Shown piece by piece: positions 1 through 13,210 of a stretch of 64,000 nucleotides of DNA. Location: positions 87,916,001 to 87,980,000 of the forward strand of contig OX597815.1 of NCBI GenBank assembly GCA_951406725.2, given 5' to 3'. Every line of letters starts with the position of its first letter. Position 1 is the stretch's first letter. The notes under the pieces were generated by a model that was given only the letters and a program-made list of their open reading frames with translations, had not been told where the DNA came from and made no database searches. Origin of the DNA: Octopus vulgaris. Its lineage: Eukaryota. Both the position numbers and the translations under genes were made by a program.

Positions 1-249
1 CAGGTGATGGTCTTAAAGTGAGAGGCAGATTAAGTTAGCTTGATTTGAACTCAGAATGCAAGAGCCAAAACAAATCTTGCAAAGATGCTTTCATTTCCCT
101 GTCAGTCCACCTTACCGTTAATAATTGAACTCAGAACAAAATTGACTTAGTGGAATTTGAACACAGAAAACAAGATGCCAGCATAAATACTACTCTAAAC
201 CAAATACTGAAAGGTATTCAGTCCAGTGGTTTATTCTTGTCAGCCTACT

Positions 250-650
250 ACCAGTGTTAATAATTTTTATTTCTTACACTGATTTGTAAAAGGGTAGTTA
301 CAGATATGAAGGACACCTTTTTGAATTCCATGTCTAACACTCAGACATGTTTACAAAATCAAAAAATAACATAGCACCCATGACTTTCAGAAATGTTTTC
401 ATGCTCAGAATTGCTGAAGCATGGAATAAACCACTTGCATCAGTAGTTGGCTGTCGGGACACTTTCAAAACTTCCATGCTTCTTGAAATTCACCAGCAGT
501 ACACTTGATTCCTCCTCCTTTTTCTTTTAATGACTCATTCGCTGATAATTTCCTATGCATTATTCTATGTACAGTTTATGCACTTTTAGCTACTTTTTGT
601 CATGAACTGTAGTGCCCCTGAACACTGTATACAATAATTACATTATTAAG
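250..650 (+). mobile_element. Old CR1 3' fragment related to the 52653-56718 element
   Basis: catgactttcagaaa...gctgaagcatggaataaac and tgtagtgcccctgaacactgtatacaataatt resemble the ORF2 end and 3' end of the large element; boundaries approximate. Confidence 0.7.
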
Positions 651-1467
651 TACAATCAATTGACTCAACCTTCATACGTTACTGGTACTGGTATCAATAT
701 CAGAAATATAGAAAGAAACAAGCCTGGCAAAACTGGTACTCAGACAATAGAGGAATAAAACTAAATATGAGCCATTTAATCCAACATTTAGATGCAGTAA
801 GAGCTGATATCGCCAATATCAGTGGTGAGGCATTTGATTGTGTTGTAACATGGGGGAAGCATGCAAATGGCTTTCTGGTGCAAATGCAAGCTAGACTCCC
901 TAAGTGGAGAAAAACTGATCTATTTAAGGAAATTGCTGGGCTCCATTGCAATAGGTAGAAACTCCAAGCAATGTAAAATATGGCCTGTACCATGATTATC
1001 AGTATGAACATCAAACTTCAAAAAGTAGTTAACCATTTAATGGTTTTAGGAAATTTATACAGAGAAAGTAAGCATTATGCCGACCAGCATAAATAAAAGT
1101 CAACTTCATTATATTTTTTCTGTAAAAATCTATTCTGACATTGAATGAGTCAACTTCCGAGAACCATATGGTTGAGAAGCAAGCTTCTTACCACACAGCC
1201 ATGCCTTCACTTACTGGATATAAAAAAAATAAATAAACATATAAATAGTGTGTCCATGTTTGAAATGCCTTTAAAATAAAAATAACAATGAACTTGTTGT
1301 ATATAGTGCTCAGGTATGCCACAACTCATCAGAAAAAATAGCCAAAATTATATGAACAGTACATAGAATATGCACAGGAAGTTAACAGTGAAAAGTCTTT
1401 AAAAAATAGATCTGCTCAATGGGAGCTGATTTGACATTAAGCAACAATGTTATATGAGTTTTTTTAC

Positions 1468-1611
1468 CAGTTTAACAGCCTTTCGCCGAAGTTCCCATTC
1501 ATTCCACTCATAGGATTTAACAATATTCTTCTCAATGAAATGTGTGTCTGTTTGAGTTTCACTTTCACATTTAACAATAGCCTTATGTATATAACGGCGG
1601 CTGTCCTTTCT
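1468..1611 (-). CDS. CFAP206: CFAP206 coding exon (last in window), 144 nt, phase 0-0; terminal exon apparently left of the window
   Basis: atgcag|AGAAAG...AAACTG|gtaaaa; RKDSRRYIHKAIVKCESETQTDTHFIEKNIVKSYEWNEWELRRKAVKL, signature YEWNEWELRRKA.KL. Confidence 0.96.
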
Positions 1612-1652
1612 CTGCATTGAAACAAAATTTCAGTTAGAGCATTAATTACAAT

Positions 1653-1700
<48 letters not shown>

Positions 1701-1782
1701 TAATAATGACAATAATAATAACAATAATAATCCTGACCCCAGAGGAATTTTAACTCAGAGCATAACAAAAGAATTGATGATG

Positions 1783-1835
<53 letters not shown>

Positions 1836-2622
1836 CCTTTCTACTAAAGGCACAAGGCCTGAAATTTTGCATGAGGGGACTAGTCGATTACATCAACCTC
1901 AGTGTTTCACTGATACTTAATTCTTCAAGCCTGAAAGGTTGAAAGGCAAAGTCGACCTCGGTGGAGTTTGAACTTAGATCATAAAGATGGATGAAATGCC
2001 ACAAAGTATTTTGCCCATTGTGCTAATGATTCTCCCATCTTGCTGCCTTAACAACAATAACAATAATAATGGGGGACTAGGTGTGGTTAAAAAGGGTCTT
2101 CAATTATCATTGATAAAATACCCAGAAAAATCAAATATACATGATGTCCAAAAAATTGCGCTAATCTCAAAAGTCCATCGCTTGAGAAAATTCCTATCAT
2201 TATAATATGGTCACTAGTCTTAGATCTCAGGTAATAACTAAAACACCATGAAACAAAGCTAAAATATAGAATATAATAATAATAATAATGATAATAATAA
2301 TAATAATAATGATTTCATATTTTGGAACAAGGTTATCACCCTAGTATGTGATTGGTACTTTATTTTATTGATCATGGAATTATGAAAGGCAAAGTTGACC
2401 ATGAGAGGAATAATAAAGGTTTCCAATTTTGGCACAAGGCCAGCAATTTTATGGGGAGATTGTTAGTCAATACCATCAGACCCCAGTGCTCGATTAATAC
2501 TATATTTTATCAACTATGAAAGGATGAAAGGGCAAAGTTGGCCTTGGCAGGATTTGAACTTAGATCATGAAGAGCCACAACAAATACTGCAAAGCATTTC
2601 TTCCAACACTCTTAGTTACCTC

Positions 2623-2679
<57 letters not shown>

Positions 2680-3466
2680 GATAATAATGGTAGCAATAAT
2701 TATAGTCAAATAAAGTTTATTACTCTCTTACTTGTTTCAGTCATTTTACTGCGACCATGTTGGAGCACTGCCTTAGAGAGTTTTAGTCGAAGAAATCAAC
2801 CCCAGGATTTATACTTTGTGAGCCAAGTACTAATTCTATTGGTCTCTTTTGCCGAAGCGCTAAGTTACGGGGGATGTAAACCCACCAACATCAGCTGTCA
2901 AGTGATGGTGGAGGGACAAACACAGACACAAAGGCACACACACACATATATACATATATATATACAACAGGCTTCTTTTAGTTCTCATTAACCAAATCCA
3001 CTCACAAGGCTTTAGTCAGCCTGAGGGTATAAGCAGAAAACACTTGCCTAAGATGCCATGCAGTGAGACTAAACTCAGAACCAAGTGGTTGGGAAGCAAG
3101 CTTCTTACCACCCAGCCACACCAGTGCCTATTGGTCATTAATTGAATACACCTAATTTAACAAAGCAAGATATGCATTCTCTCTTTCTTTGTTTATACCT
3201 GTATGTTCAAATTCACATAATTTCATACATATTTTCAACTAGTAATAACTACACCAAGGAGTATTTTATTGGCCAGGAGTGAATGAAGGAACATTACAAA
3301 GAAAAATTACAAACAATGAAAACAATTATCAATGCCAGGACTACAAAATCTCTGTACAACACATACCTATATAACCATTTTCCAAGAAAATAACACTAAC
3401 CACACAGCATATACTTTGCAAACTCATTATCCAATCTACATAACACACATTTTGCAGGATCTCTAT

Positions 3467-3695
3467 TTAACCCATCAGCATTTAAACTGGCCATATCCAA
3501 CCCAAATATTGTACCTGGTTTATGTCCAAACTGACCGTATCTGGCCCCTCACACCTACCCTACAATGTTATTCTAAAAAATATAAAATCACGTCTTTGTA
3601 ATTTTGAAGCTTTGAGATAATGCATGATTAAGTGAAAATAATGTGAATGAATAAGTATTGCATTTGACTGAATAATCTGAATGCTAAAGGGTTAA
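3467..3695. mobile_element. piggyBac-type MITE family 1; further copies at about 30787-31005, 52224-52430 and partial 49130-49220
   Basis: TTAA-CCC...GGG-TTAA ends with short ccctttagca-type TIRs; about 210-230 bp; several copies in the window. Confidence 0.7.
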
Positions 3696-4129
3696 ACTAT
3701 ATTATATAACCCCTCAGAGTCCAAGCAAGCAAGGGAGCTTCTATGTGGTTACTTGATCTGCTAAAAATGGCAGCCACATTTCCTTTGTATCACACCATAC
3801 TGTCACAAAGATAATTTATCCAAAATAATGTAAAATTAAATACACTTCAACTTTAAATATTGCATGATGATCATACTGGAATATCTTTGATCATTGGTCC
3901 ACATGATCAGGACTCATTTAAGGCCAAATAACCATGGCAGCCACTTAACTCACAGAGTACATACTTGACTCATTCAATCACTTCTCATTAAAACCACACA
4001 ATACATACTTTTACATAGTCGATGACTGATGCTATAACACATCTCACATACCAATAACAATAACTCAAGTATTATACACTCACCACCGAATAAAAAAACT
4101 CAACACTCAATAGCCAATGAGAAACTCTT

Positions 4130-4335
4130 GACGCAGCTTCTCAACATACTAGAAATAGCAGCCACATCTCCTTTAAATTATCCACCATTTTATATAAAGA
4201 AGAATACATTGACAATGTAGTCCTTGATATACATGCAAAGAAATGGGTTAGTTATGGTTGAAATGCATTAGATGATAGATCTGCTGGATCTTAGGTCTGA
4301 CCTAGAGACAAACTACATCGAAATCAAACATTTTG
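4130..4335 (+). repeat. Old dispersed repeat of about 200 bp, probably a LINE/SINE 3' end; also at about 3730-3930, 12160-12350, 31075-31280(-), 31585-31780(-), 32305-32440, 43530-43700, 56915-57035
   Basis: Recurrent ctagaaatagcagcc...atgtagtcc...acaac core. Confidence 0.55.
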
Positions 4336-4418
4336 CTTATATTTGAGCAACACACAATAGATATCTTAAATATATTTACACAACATATACTCAATAGGGA
4401 AATAATATGTAAGCAAAC

Positions 4419-4512
4419 CTGTGGTGTGATAGAAGTAAACTGGTTATACAATTCCAACAATTGTATTAACTCAGGATTAACTCTGGCAATTTCACTGATA
4501 GAAGTCACATAT
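4419..4512 (-). CDS. CFAP206: CFAP206 coding exon, 94 nt, phase 2-0
   Basis: caacag|ATATG...CCACAG|gtttgc; YVTSISEIARVNPELIQLLELYNQFTSITPQ, conserved ELIQLLEL motif. Confidence 0.95.
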
Positions 4513-4829
4513 CTGTTGGATAACAAGAAGAAAGGTGTTAATATTATTGATTGAAATTTTCCAGAGTATATGAAATAAAAATAATGTTAAGAAGGTAAGT
4601 CACCAACACTAATAGGGATGGAATGAACTATAGTCAGCAGGAGAGATGTAGAATATATAACAATGATGTGTGGATTGACAGAATAATAAGGGCATCAGAC
4701 AAAATGTCTGTGGTATTTAATAACAACAACAACAACAACAACAATAATAATAATGAAATTAATTATAATAATAATAATAATGATAATAACGATAAAAATA
4801 AAAATGAAAATAATGACATGAAAGCAGTA

Positions 4830-5912
4830 AAAAATCACATTCTATTGTCAAGGAAGCTTTCAAATTCACAAGAGAACTTGGCATTAACCCTGCATTAGAT
4901 GAAGAACCTGAAACCACAGCTACAAAACAAGCAAGATGGATCAAGTAGAGTGCAAAAAAGAATGGGCAGACACAAATTGAGGAGTGGTGGAGTCAGAAGC
5001 CTTTGCATAGACAGTATATACTTCAAAGTTGAAATGCTGATATAGATCAAGCAACAACCCATCAGTGACTGAGAAGTTTAGAATTGAAAGCAGAGACTGA
5101 AGGTTTCACATTGGTGGCACAAGATCAAAGCTTGGTTACCAAAAACTACCAGGCTAACATTCTTCAAAACAGTTCTGACCCTAAATGAAGATGCTGCAAT
5201 ATATTTGATGAGACAATAAACCATCTCGTCTCCGGATGTCCTGTGCTAACACCAAAGAAATAGAGAAATCGTCATGATAGGGTAGGACAGTATTTACATT
5301 GGAAAATATGTAAACAGTACAAAATCAGCATACCTGCTTACTAGTATGAACATCAACCTGAGCCAGCCGTTGAAGGTAAAAATGTCACTATCCTCAGAGA
5401 TCTTCCAGTCAACACTGACAGAATGATCCAGGCTAATCGACCAGACATAATTATTAAAGACAATGAAGAAAATACTTGTAGACTAATAGATGTAAGTGTT
5501 CCCACTGATAAAAATATATCTGTCAAGGAATTTGACAAATTAAGTAAATATAAGGACCTGGAAATTGAAATACAAAAGATGTATCATCTTGAAGTGAGAA
5601 CTGTTCCTGTCATTGTAGGTGCCCTGGGTGTGATAAAAAAGGGATATCAGAAACATCTAGATAAGATCCCAGAAGAACCACTTCTCAGAGAAATCCAAAA
5701 GATTGTACTGACAAATATTGCCCGCATCCTCAGAAAAACCCTATCCATTTAGATGTCTGTGTTGTATTACATGAAGATATCTCGCTACTACCCCTGCCAC
5801 TTCCCCTCCCCAAGCTTTCAATCATATTGTAACATTTCTTATCCCTCACTCGCCCTAGGATGCTGGGAGCGTCTCAGCAAGTTATTGTAACAAACATGCA
5901 GATTAAAAGTAA
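4830..5912 (+). mobile_element. Dong/R4-like LINE 3' fragment, second family
   Basis: LKAETEGF..AQDQSL, RHDRVG, IQANRPDIIIKD, KLSKYKDLEIEI, PVIVGALG; ends in (TAA)n; 5' boundary approximate. Confidence 0.85.
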
Positions 5913-5943
<31 letters not shown>

Positions 5944-5982
5944 TTAATAATAATAATGATAATAATAATAATAATAATAATT

Positions 5983-6755
5983 TAGAATAGAATTTGGACT
6001 CAAAAAGTGCAGAATAATCTACCTAAATGGAGGCAAGGTATAGTCCCTAGTAGGGATAGAATTACCGACTAGAGACTTGATTAAGCAAATTAAAATGGAA
6101 GGATACAAATACCTTTGTGTACTAGAGTTCAACAAGTTAATGGAAAGCGAAATGAAAGAGCAACTGAAGATGGAGTATTTCCAATGACTAAGATTGGTGT
6201 TGCACTCAAAATTGACGGGGAGCTTTGTGGAAATCATGGCCTACAAAGAGCAACGATGTGGTATGAACAAACTCCAGAAGGAGTCGCCAAAAATGAGAAC
6301 TGCAAAATCCTGTGGGATGCAATGATCCAGTGACATCACCCAACCAGACATTGGAAACTAGACATTTTTGTGGTGAATAGAAAGAACATGTATGATAATC
6401 AACATAGCATGCCCTGGTGACAACAGGATCAATGTGAAAGGAGAAGAAAAAATAAACAACTACGATGATTTAAAGTCGAAAATACAAAGTTTGTGGCCAA
6501 TGAAGGAAGTAGATGAAATACCAATAGTAATTAGTGCACTTGGAAGTATCAGCACTCAATTACCAACATGGCTGAAAAAGATCGGTGCAAGTGTGAAGGT
6601 AGAACACCTACAAAAATCAGCATTGCAGGGAATTTCAAGAATTCTTCACAGGGTTCTTGAAGCAAGACCAATAAACTAGTGTCACCTTAGTTTGCTGGCT
6701 GTGGACAGCTGACACTTTCCATCATACCCAGCAAAATAAGCTGTGAGTTTTCATA
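5983..6755 (+). mobile_element. Dong/R4-like LINE 3' fragment, third family, internally deleted
   Basis: ENCKILWD, IINIACPGD, EKINNYDDL, PIVISALG; same 3' UTR as the inverted copy at 40252-41180. Confidence 0.8.
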
Positions 6756-6785
6756 TAATGATAGTAATGATAATAATAATCAATT

Positions 6786-8683
6786 ATTGAAAGGCTTTTG
6801 ACAGTATTCCCTACATGTGGATTCTAGAAACACTAGCCATGAACATGGTAGCACCAATAATCATAAAATATATAAAACATTCCATGCATACATGGCAAAC
6901 AGTGCTGCAGCTCCAGACAAAAGAGGGACTCATAAAAACTAAAGCCATCCCCTTTAGAAGAGGAATATTCCAGGGAGACACACTGTAGCTACTCCTTTTC
7001 TGCTTGGCACTGATGCCTTTAACAAACATGGTAAACAAAATTGACTATGGATACAACTGCTACGGTGAAACAATCAACCATCTCTTGTATGTGGATTATC
7101 TAAAACTGCATGCTGCAAATGACAAACAGCCGGAAACATTACTACAGATAGTGCATGGATTTACCAAAGAAATAAACATGAAACTCAGCTTAGAAAAATG
7201 TGCCAAAGAAACCTTGAAAAGAAGAAAACTAGTTAAGAGTAACAATATCAGACTAGACAGAAGCCAAACATAGAAATACTTAGGAATCAATGAACTAAAT
7301 ACAGTACACCATACACAAATGAAATAGGACATAAAGGAATACTAAAGATGAGTTAGATTAATATTTAAAACAGAGCTCAAATAATAGGTATCAATATTTT
7401 AGCTGGCCCAGTTATAAGTTACAGCTACAATATTCTTAATTGGATTCTAAATGAACTAATGAAACTAAACAGGAAAACAAGAAATATAATAATAGAAAGA
7501 ATTTAGGATGCACCACTCAAAATCTGACATAGAAAGGTTATATACGATGAATTGAAGGTGGTAGAGACCATATACAACTAAAAAACTATTATAAAATAAC
7601 CACCATAGGATTACAGAAATATTTAATTCAAAAGCAAGGAAAACTGGTACAAATAGCTACAAAGCATGAGCAAAACAAAAAGCTGTTTTCTGTCTTCAAG
7701 GAAGCTGAAAAATACAAGAAAGAAGTCACAGTACCTGACAACTATGAAGAAAAAGAGGAAACAACAAACGTTGTAAAAAAAACTGAAATCCAAACTAAAA
7801 CCGGAACAACAAAGTATCATGATATGATGATGGCAAGAAAAGCTCTTACATGGGGAATATTGGGATAAGCTAAACAGGAAAGCAATATACAAAGTAAAAT
7901 CCCTTTGGACTCAAAGCAGAGACCGGAGGATTTTTAATTGCAGCACAAGATCAAAGCCTTCTCACCAGAAATCACAAGAAACACATAATGAAGAAAAATA
8001 CAAGTAACTGCTGGATATGTAGTGATGGGGAAGAAACAATAAAGCAAATTGTCTCTGGCTGCCCAGTCCTGGCAAAAAAAGGAATATATCCACAGACATC
8101 ACAGAGTTGGAACCTATATACACTGGAAGCTATGCCGACACTATGGAGTGACAACAGAAAAAAATATGGTATAGGCACAACCCAGAAAAGATCTCAGAAA
8201 ATGACAAAGCAACAATACTCTGGGATATGCCAATACATACAGATAGAGAAATCAAGGCTAATAGAACAGATATAGTTGTCAGAGATCACCAAAAATAATA
8301 AAAAATGCCTTCTCATGAATGTATCAATAACAACAGATGACAATGTGTCTCTAAAAGAAACAGAGACACTCTCAAAATACAAAGATCTGGAAATAGAGAT
8401 AACCTGAATGTGGAGCCTAAAAACAGAGACAGTCCCTATACTAATAGGTGCATTAGGTATGATTTAAAAACATTCAGACAAATACATAACCAAAACACCA
8501 GGACTTATGAATGTATACGACATACATAAAATAGCAGCACTAGGCACCATGCAGATTTTACATAAAACAATTTCAATACAGTGAAAATAAGAGCACCACA
8601 ACAAACCACAGCACATACCCAAGGTATGTAGAGCTGTGATCGGAAGTGCAGTGAAAGCATGTGATAAAAATAAGATGACTGAA
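6786..8683 (+). mobile_element. Degenerate copy of the same Dong-like family as 36181-38640
   Basis: Collinear similarity from KAFDSIP through the RLE and 3' UTR, with many stops and frameshifts; flanked by (TAA)n. Confidence 0.88.
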
Positions 8684-8700
8684 CAATAATAATAATGATG

Positions 8701-8757
<57 letters not shown>

Positions 8758-8760
<3 letters not shown>

Positions 8761-9312
8761 TGCCCTGGTGCAGTACCAGGCAGTGGCTCTCATGGCTTCT
8801 GATCTTAACTGATTGGAAGTGTTATCATGTACATTGTTTTGTCTTGGTATAAAAGATGGGCTACAGCAAATATTCTGCTCAATACCAGATTTGCTTGTCA
8901 GTTGTTTGACCTTAACCAGTTGAGCATGTCCCTTAGTGGCTGACGATATGTGCATCTCTGATCACGAGCAGAAGTAGTGGGGGAGCATCATAGCCATGTG
9001 TTGAGAGGGATTCTTTGGGGTTTGAATAGTTCACCTCTGGAAACATGGGTGGTTCTTTCAAAATCCTTAAACAACCCTTATTCAGGGACCGTTTGAGCGG
9101 GATGGGCTACTCAACCTGAAGAAAATTCTAACTGGGCCCCACCTGCAAGGTCATGTGCTGTTTATCTTGATATGAGATCACCATGTTGCGCACATATGGT
9201 TGTGATGCATGTGCCTGGTGTACCTTTATCAGACGGGTAGTCATGATGGGTATATTGGGCTTCGTATATTTTACCCCAGTGTCACTTTGATGGCATGACT
9301 GCTCTCTCACTC
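8758..9312 (+). repeat. Non-coding dispersed element of about 550 bp in (TAA)n
   Basis: Highly similar inverted copy at 14280-14830; both are bounded by TAA tracts. Confidence 0.85.
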
Positions 9313-9351
<39 letters not shown>

Positions 9352-9354
<3 letters not shown>

Positions 9355-10127
9355 ATCCTGGGCTTGGTTAAAACAGGGGCAATTAGAAAAAGAAACAGAG
9401 AGCCTAATTGTAGCAACCCAAAATCAAGCAATAAAAACAAACAAGTTGAGAAAAAATATATATGGAGAGAATGTGTCAGGAAAATGTAGAGCTTGTGAGA
9501 TTTGGAACAAGATAGTAGTGCACATGTGACAGAATGCCCCAAGTTGTCACAGAAAGAATATAAGAAATGGAGGCACGACCAGGTTATAAAAGTGTGTCAG
9601 AAATGAGGATTTGAAGCTGGAAACACATGGTACAATCATTGAGTTGAAAGAGTACTGGGGTTGGAGAAATGTATGGTTTGGTGGAACTTTCCAATTCAAA
9701 CGAACAAAAAATTAGAAAATAATAGACTAGACATAACAATTATAGATAAGGGAAAGCAAAGTTGCTTACTTATCAACACATCATGCCTGTTTGATTCTAG
9801 GATTGTAAAGAAAGAGGAAAAAAAAAAATACCTTAAAATTTGAAAAAGAAAACATTTGGAGCATATGAACAGAAAAGGTCATGCCTATAATAATTGGTGC
9901 GCTGGGAATAGTAAGCCAAGATATAGACTAAGGGGTGAGGGGGATTGAAATAGAATACCTTGGTAGAGCTACAGAAAGTCTGTCTCTTAGGGGCAGCAAG
10001 GATTAACAGGAGGTTTCTAAGCACTTGAAAGACTGCTGAAAACTTGAAGATACCTAAGGTTACAAGTAATAACCTGCTATCCATATAATTCCTACTTGGA
10101 ATAAGACCAAACATGAGACAAACTAAA
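9352..10127 (+). mobile_element. Dong/R4-like LINE 3' fragment, fourth family
   Basis: WNFPIQTNKKLENNRLDITIID; related inverted copy at 39749-40232. Confidence 0.75.
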
Positions 10128-10967
10128 ATAATAACCACCACTATCACCACCACCACTACCATCACCATCATCATCATTTACCATATGTTTTCCATGCTGG
10201 CATGAGTTAGACAATTTGACTGGAACTGGTAAACTGGAGAGCTGCACCATGTTCCAATCTGTTTTGGCTTGGTTTCTACAGTTGGATGCCCTTCCTAACT
10301 CCATAGTGTACATTGGGTGTCTTTTATGTGTAACTGGCAGGGTGCCTTTTGTGTATCACCAGCATTGGTGCCTTTTGCATGTCACCAGCATGAGTGCCTT
10401 TTATGTGTCACCAGCACAGGTGCCTCTTACATGTTACTGGCACAGGTGCCTTTACACACCACCAGCACAAGTGCCTCACTTGTGTCACTGTAACTATATT
10501 TTGAGTTCAAAGTCAGTTGAAGTAAACTTTGCATTTCATCTTTACAAAGTCAATAAAATAAAAAAACTCGTCAAGTACTTGGGTTGAATTAATGTTCCTA
10601 TAAAGCATCTTAGATGTGAATGAAATTATAATAGAAGACAAGAAAGAGAGATTAAATATCTCTGAAAACCAAAGAAGCCTTTAAAAACTGGTGCTTAGTC
10701 TTGGTTTCATGATGCTGAGGTGAAGACAAATATACTCACCGGATAATATGTGCATCTAAATTAGCCAACATTCTGAAATGATCTGGCAGTAAGAAGCAAC
10801 ATAGAATATTCTTGCTAACACACACATGCACACACACAAATGCCAGCAGTGACTATGTACTCATGAGTAAATCTCCAAAACCTCATCCATTCAGCTATTT
10901 CTATACTTAACAGATTACATCATATGCTGTATGGCAAAATGTATAAAATTAAGAGTATTTTACTTAC

Positions 10968-11110
10968 TTGTCTGCTTCTTCGGCAAATGCATAGGCATCC
11001 TCTTTTGAAGCAAAAGCATAATAATAGTTTTGGTACTTTGCAATTCCAATATCACGGTTACCACGCAATAACAGACCTTCATATTTGCATAGTGTCACAG
11101 GACAGAAACC
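10968..11110 (-). CDS. CFAP206: CFAP206 coding exon, 143 nt, phase 0-2
   Basis: ttgtag|GGTTTC...GACAA|gtaagt; GFCPVTLCKYEGLLLRGNRDIGIAKYQNYYYAFASKEDAYAFAEEAD, conserved GFC...GLLL.GN..IG motif. Confidence 0.95.
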
Positions 11111-12399
11111 CTACAAAAAATACAGGAGAGAATTCATTGACAGATTTATTCAAGAGGAATAAATACAATTTGTGTAGTCTTGTATGTGTTGGAAGTGAAA
11201 GGTACCCAGTGATAAAGAAAGACCAAGGGAAGTTTAGTAAGCTTTCGGATCCTCATGGCAACAGAAATGCTTAAGAGTTTGCTGCTATTAGAACCAGATG
11301 TTTGATAGTGATAAAAAAACTTATGTATCACAGAGTCAACCACCTTAGAATGGAATAACACAAGCAATTTCCACAATATGTTTGCAACAATACGTTTTCT
11401 TAAGAAGCATTTGGGAAAGGTTTCCTTGGGGACAGGTACAAAGAGGAACTAGAAACATTCACATTTTGAGATTTGATGACCTTTCTTGAAAATGACTTAT
11501 GTAAAATTTAGTGTTTGGTGTAACATGTATTCATACTCAAAAGTCATGCATTGGCAATCCAATATTTTGTCCACACAACCACATCTAAACTGGGGTGAAC
11601 AATTTTTCTTATTGCTTAATCAGGAGTATGGCCAGAGCCCATAATACTTTTTAGGGTCTTTAAGACTGGTGGAAGGGAGAGGGGGAAGGAGGAAAGTATC
11701 CTCAAATCAGAGACCTGTTCTGAATGTTTACAACAAAGTGGATTCAGTTAAAGGCAGCCAAGGACCAGGTGATGATATCAAACTAGACAGCAGATTAAGT
11801 TTACATGGCATTTGCTGATTCTTATGCTAAAGAGACTTCAGAACTTTCTAACAAATGATACATAAAAGCGATTAGATGTTTTCTTCTCTAGGTAGAAATA
11901 GAGCCTAAAAAAAAAGCATTCTCAGAATATCTAGTTTGTATTCCTAACAAATGAAGGAATTGATGCATATAGTGTTAAGTATCTTGTCTGGTAACATGAT
12001 AAAACACTTGTGGCAGACTTGAACTCTTCACAGTTTCTTATCTACCCCAAAAGGTCCATGTGGTGTTGAATTGCCAGGACAACTCTGGTAGGATTTTACA
12101 GTACTGCCAGTTTACTTTCTTATCCATTTTAACTCTCTGAATTACATGAGCTAACGAGGAACCATCAGCTAGAAATAGCAGCTAAATTTTCCTCAAATCC
12201 TATGCTACTCCTCTTAAAAAAATTTAAGATCCATTTGAAAATTTGATTTTAAATATACTGTCTGAAAAAAGGATGTATTGGTCATAGCAAGAATACATTT
12301 TACATAAGTATTACTATTGGCCAAGATTAAATAACTTAATAGATCTAACTACAAATCTTACAAAATCTTATCTAGGGAAATAATGGTTAATAAGCTTAC

Positions 12400-12504
12400 C
12401 CTACATTCTAAAACCAACTTGTCAAAATTTGTGGTATTATCAGGAAACAGCCATTCAACACTTGTGTATTCTTTTACCACAGCAACAACGACTTTTTCAC
12501 TGCA
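12400..12504 (-). CDS. CFAP206: CFAP206 coding exon, 105 nt, phase 0-0
   Basis: tcgcag|TGCAGT...TGTAGG|gtaagc; CSEKVVVAVVKEYTSVEWLFPDNTTNFDKLVLECR, conserved EWLFP.T.NFDKL motif. Confidence 0.93.
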
Positions 12505-12658
12505 CTGCGAAGACAAATATATTTTTTACAAAGTATTTCATCATATTTCTACAATAGAAATTATACATATACATAAACACACACACATTATCATATATAT
12601 ATATATATATATATATAAATTGATCAAAATAAAATAAAAACATGATGCGAAGGATTCA

Positions 12659-12736
12659 GCGGTACATATGTTTCGGGCCTTTATTAGACAGATTTATAAC
12701 AATGCATAATGTATGTCTGTGGCCTTCTTCAGCCGC
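12659..12736 (-). ncRNA. Type I hammerhead ribozyme motif, left arm, on the CFAP206 sense strand
   Basis: Exact mirror of 13026-13103. Confidence 0.75.
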
Positions 12737-13025
12737 GCACAACAGCTTCCGCAAGGACATGTGTTACATCAAAAATTCTGGGTTGGGGATGCAAATCCTC
12801 TCATTCACGTACGACATAATGCGGCAGCAGCATAGAATTGAAGCATCCATCTCTTCTCTCAATGTAGAATGAGGAAAATTGAATTTTCCTCATTCTACAT
12901 TGAGAGAAGAGATGGATGCTTCAATTCTATGCTGCTGCCGCATTATGTCGTACGTGAATGAGAGGATTTGCATCCCCAACCCAGAATTTTTGATGTAACA
13001 CATGTCCTTGCGGAAGCTGTTGTGC

Positions 13026-13103
13026 GCGGCTGAAGAAGGCCACAGACATACATTATGCATTGTTATAAATCTGTCTAATAAAGGCCCGAAACATATGTAC
13101 CGC
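13026..13103 (+). ncRNA. Type I hammerhead ribozyme motif, right arm of the palindrome
   Basis: GCGG-CUGAAGA-AGGCC...GGCCC-GAAAC-AUAU-GUA-CCGC; predicted cleavage after 13099; self-complementary ACAUAUGU stem III. Confidence 0.75.
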
Positions 13104-13210
13104 TGAATCCTTCGCATCATGTTTTTATTTTATTTTGATCAATTTACTCCACCACCTACACCACCAAACGGTATACACAGGTGCTTATAATCATCAAGTA
13201 CTCACCCCGA

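Larger units (their letters stand above)
12616..13146. repeat. Perfect inverted repeat, two 265-bp arms around a 1-nt centre at 12881; Penelope pLTR-like
   Basis: Arms read as exact reverse complements by eye and give identical mirrored 76-aa ORFs; 69-bp unpaired extension at 13147-13215; (TA)n on both sides. Confidence 0.95.

Noticed and set aside
10924-11274. 116-aa plus-strand ORF
   Set aside because: Antisense shadow of a CFAP206 exon plus intron sequence.
12642-13120. Identical 76-aa ORFs on opposite strands
   Set aside because: A by-product of the DNA palindrome; no recognisable domain.
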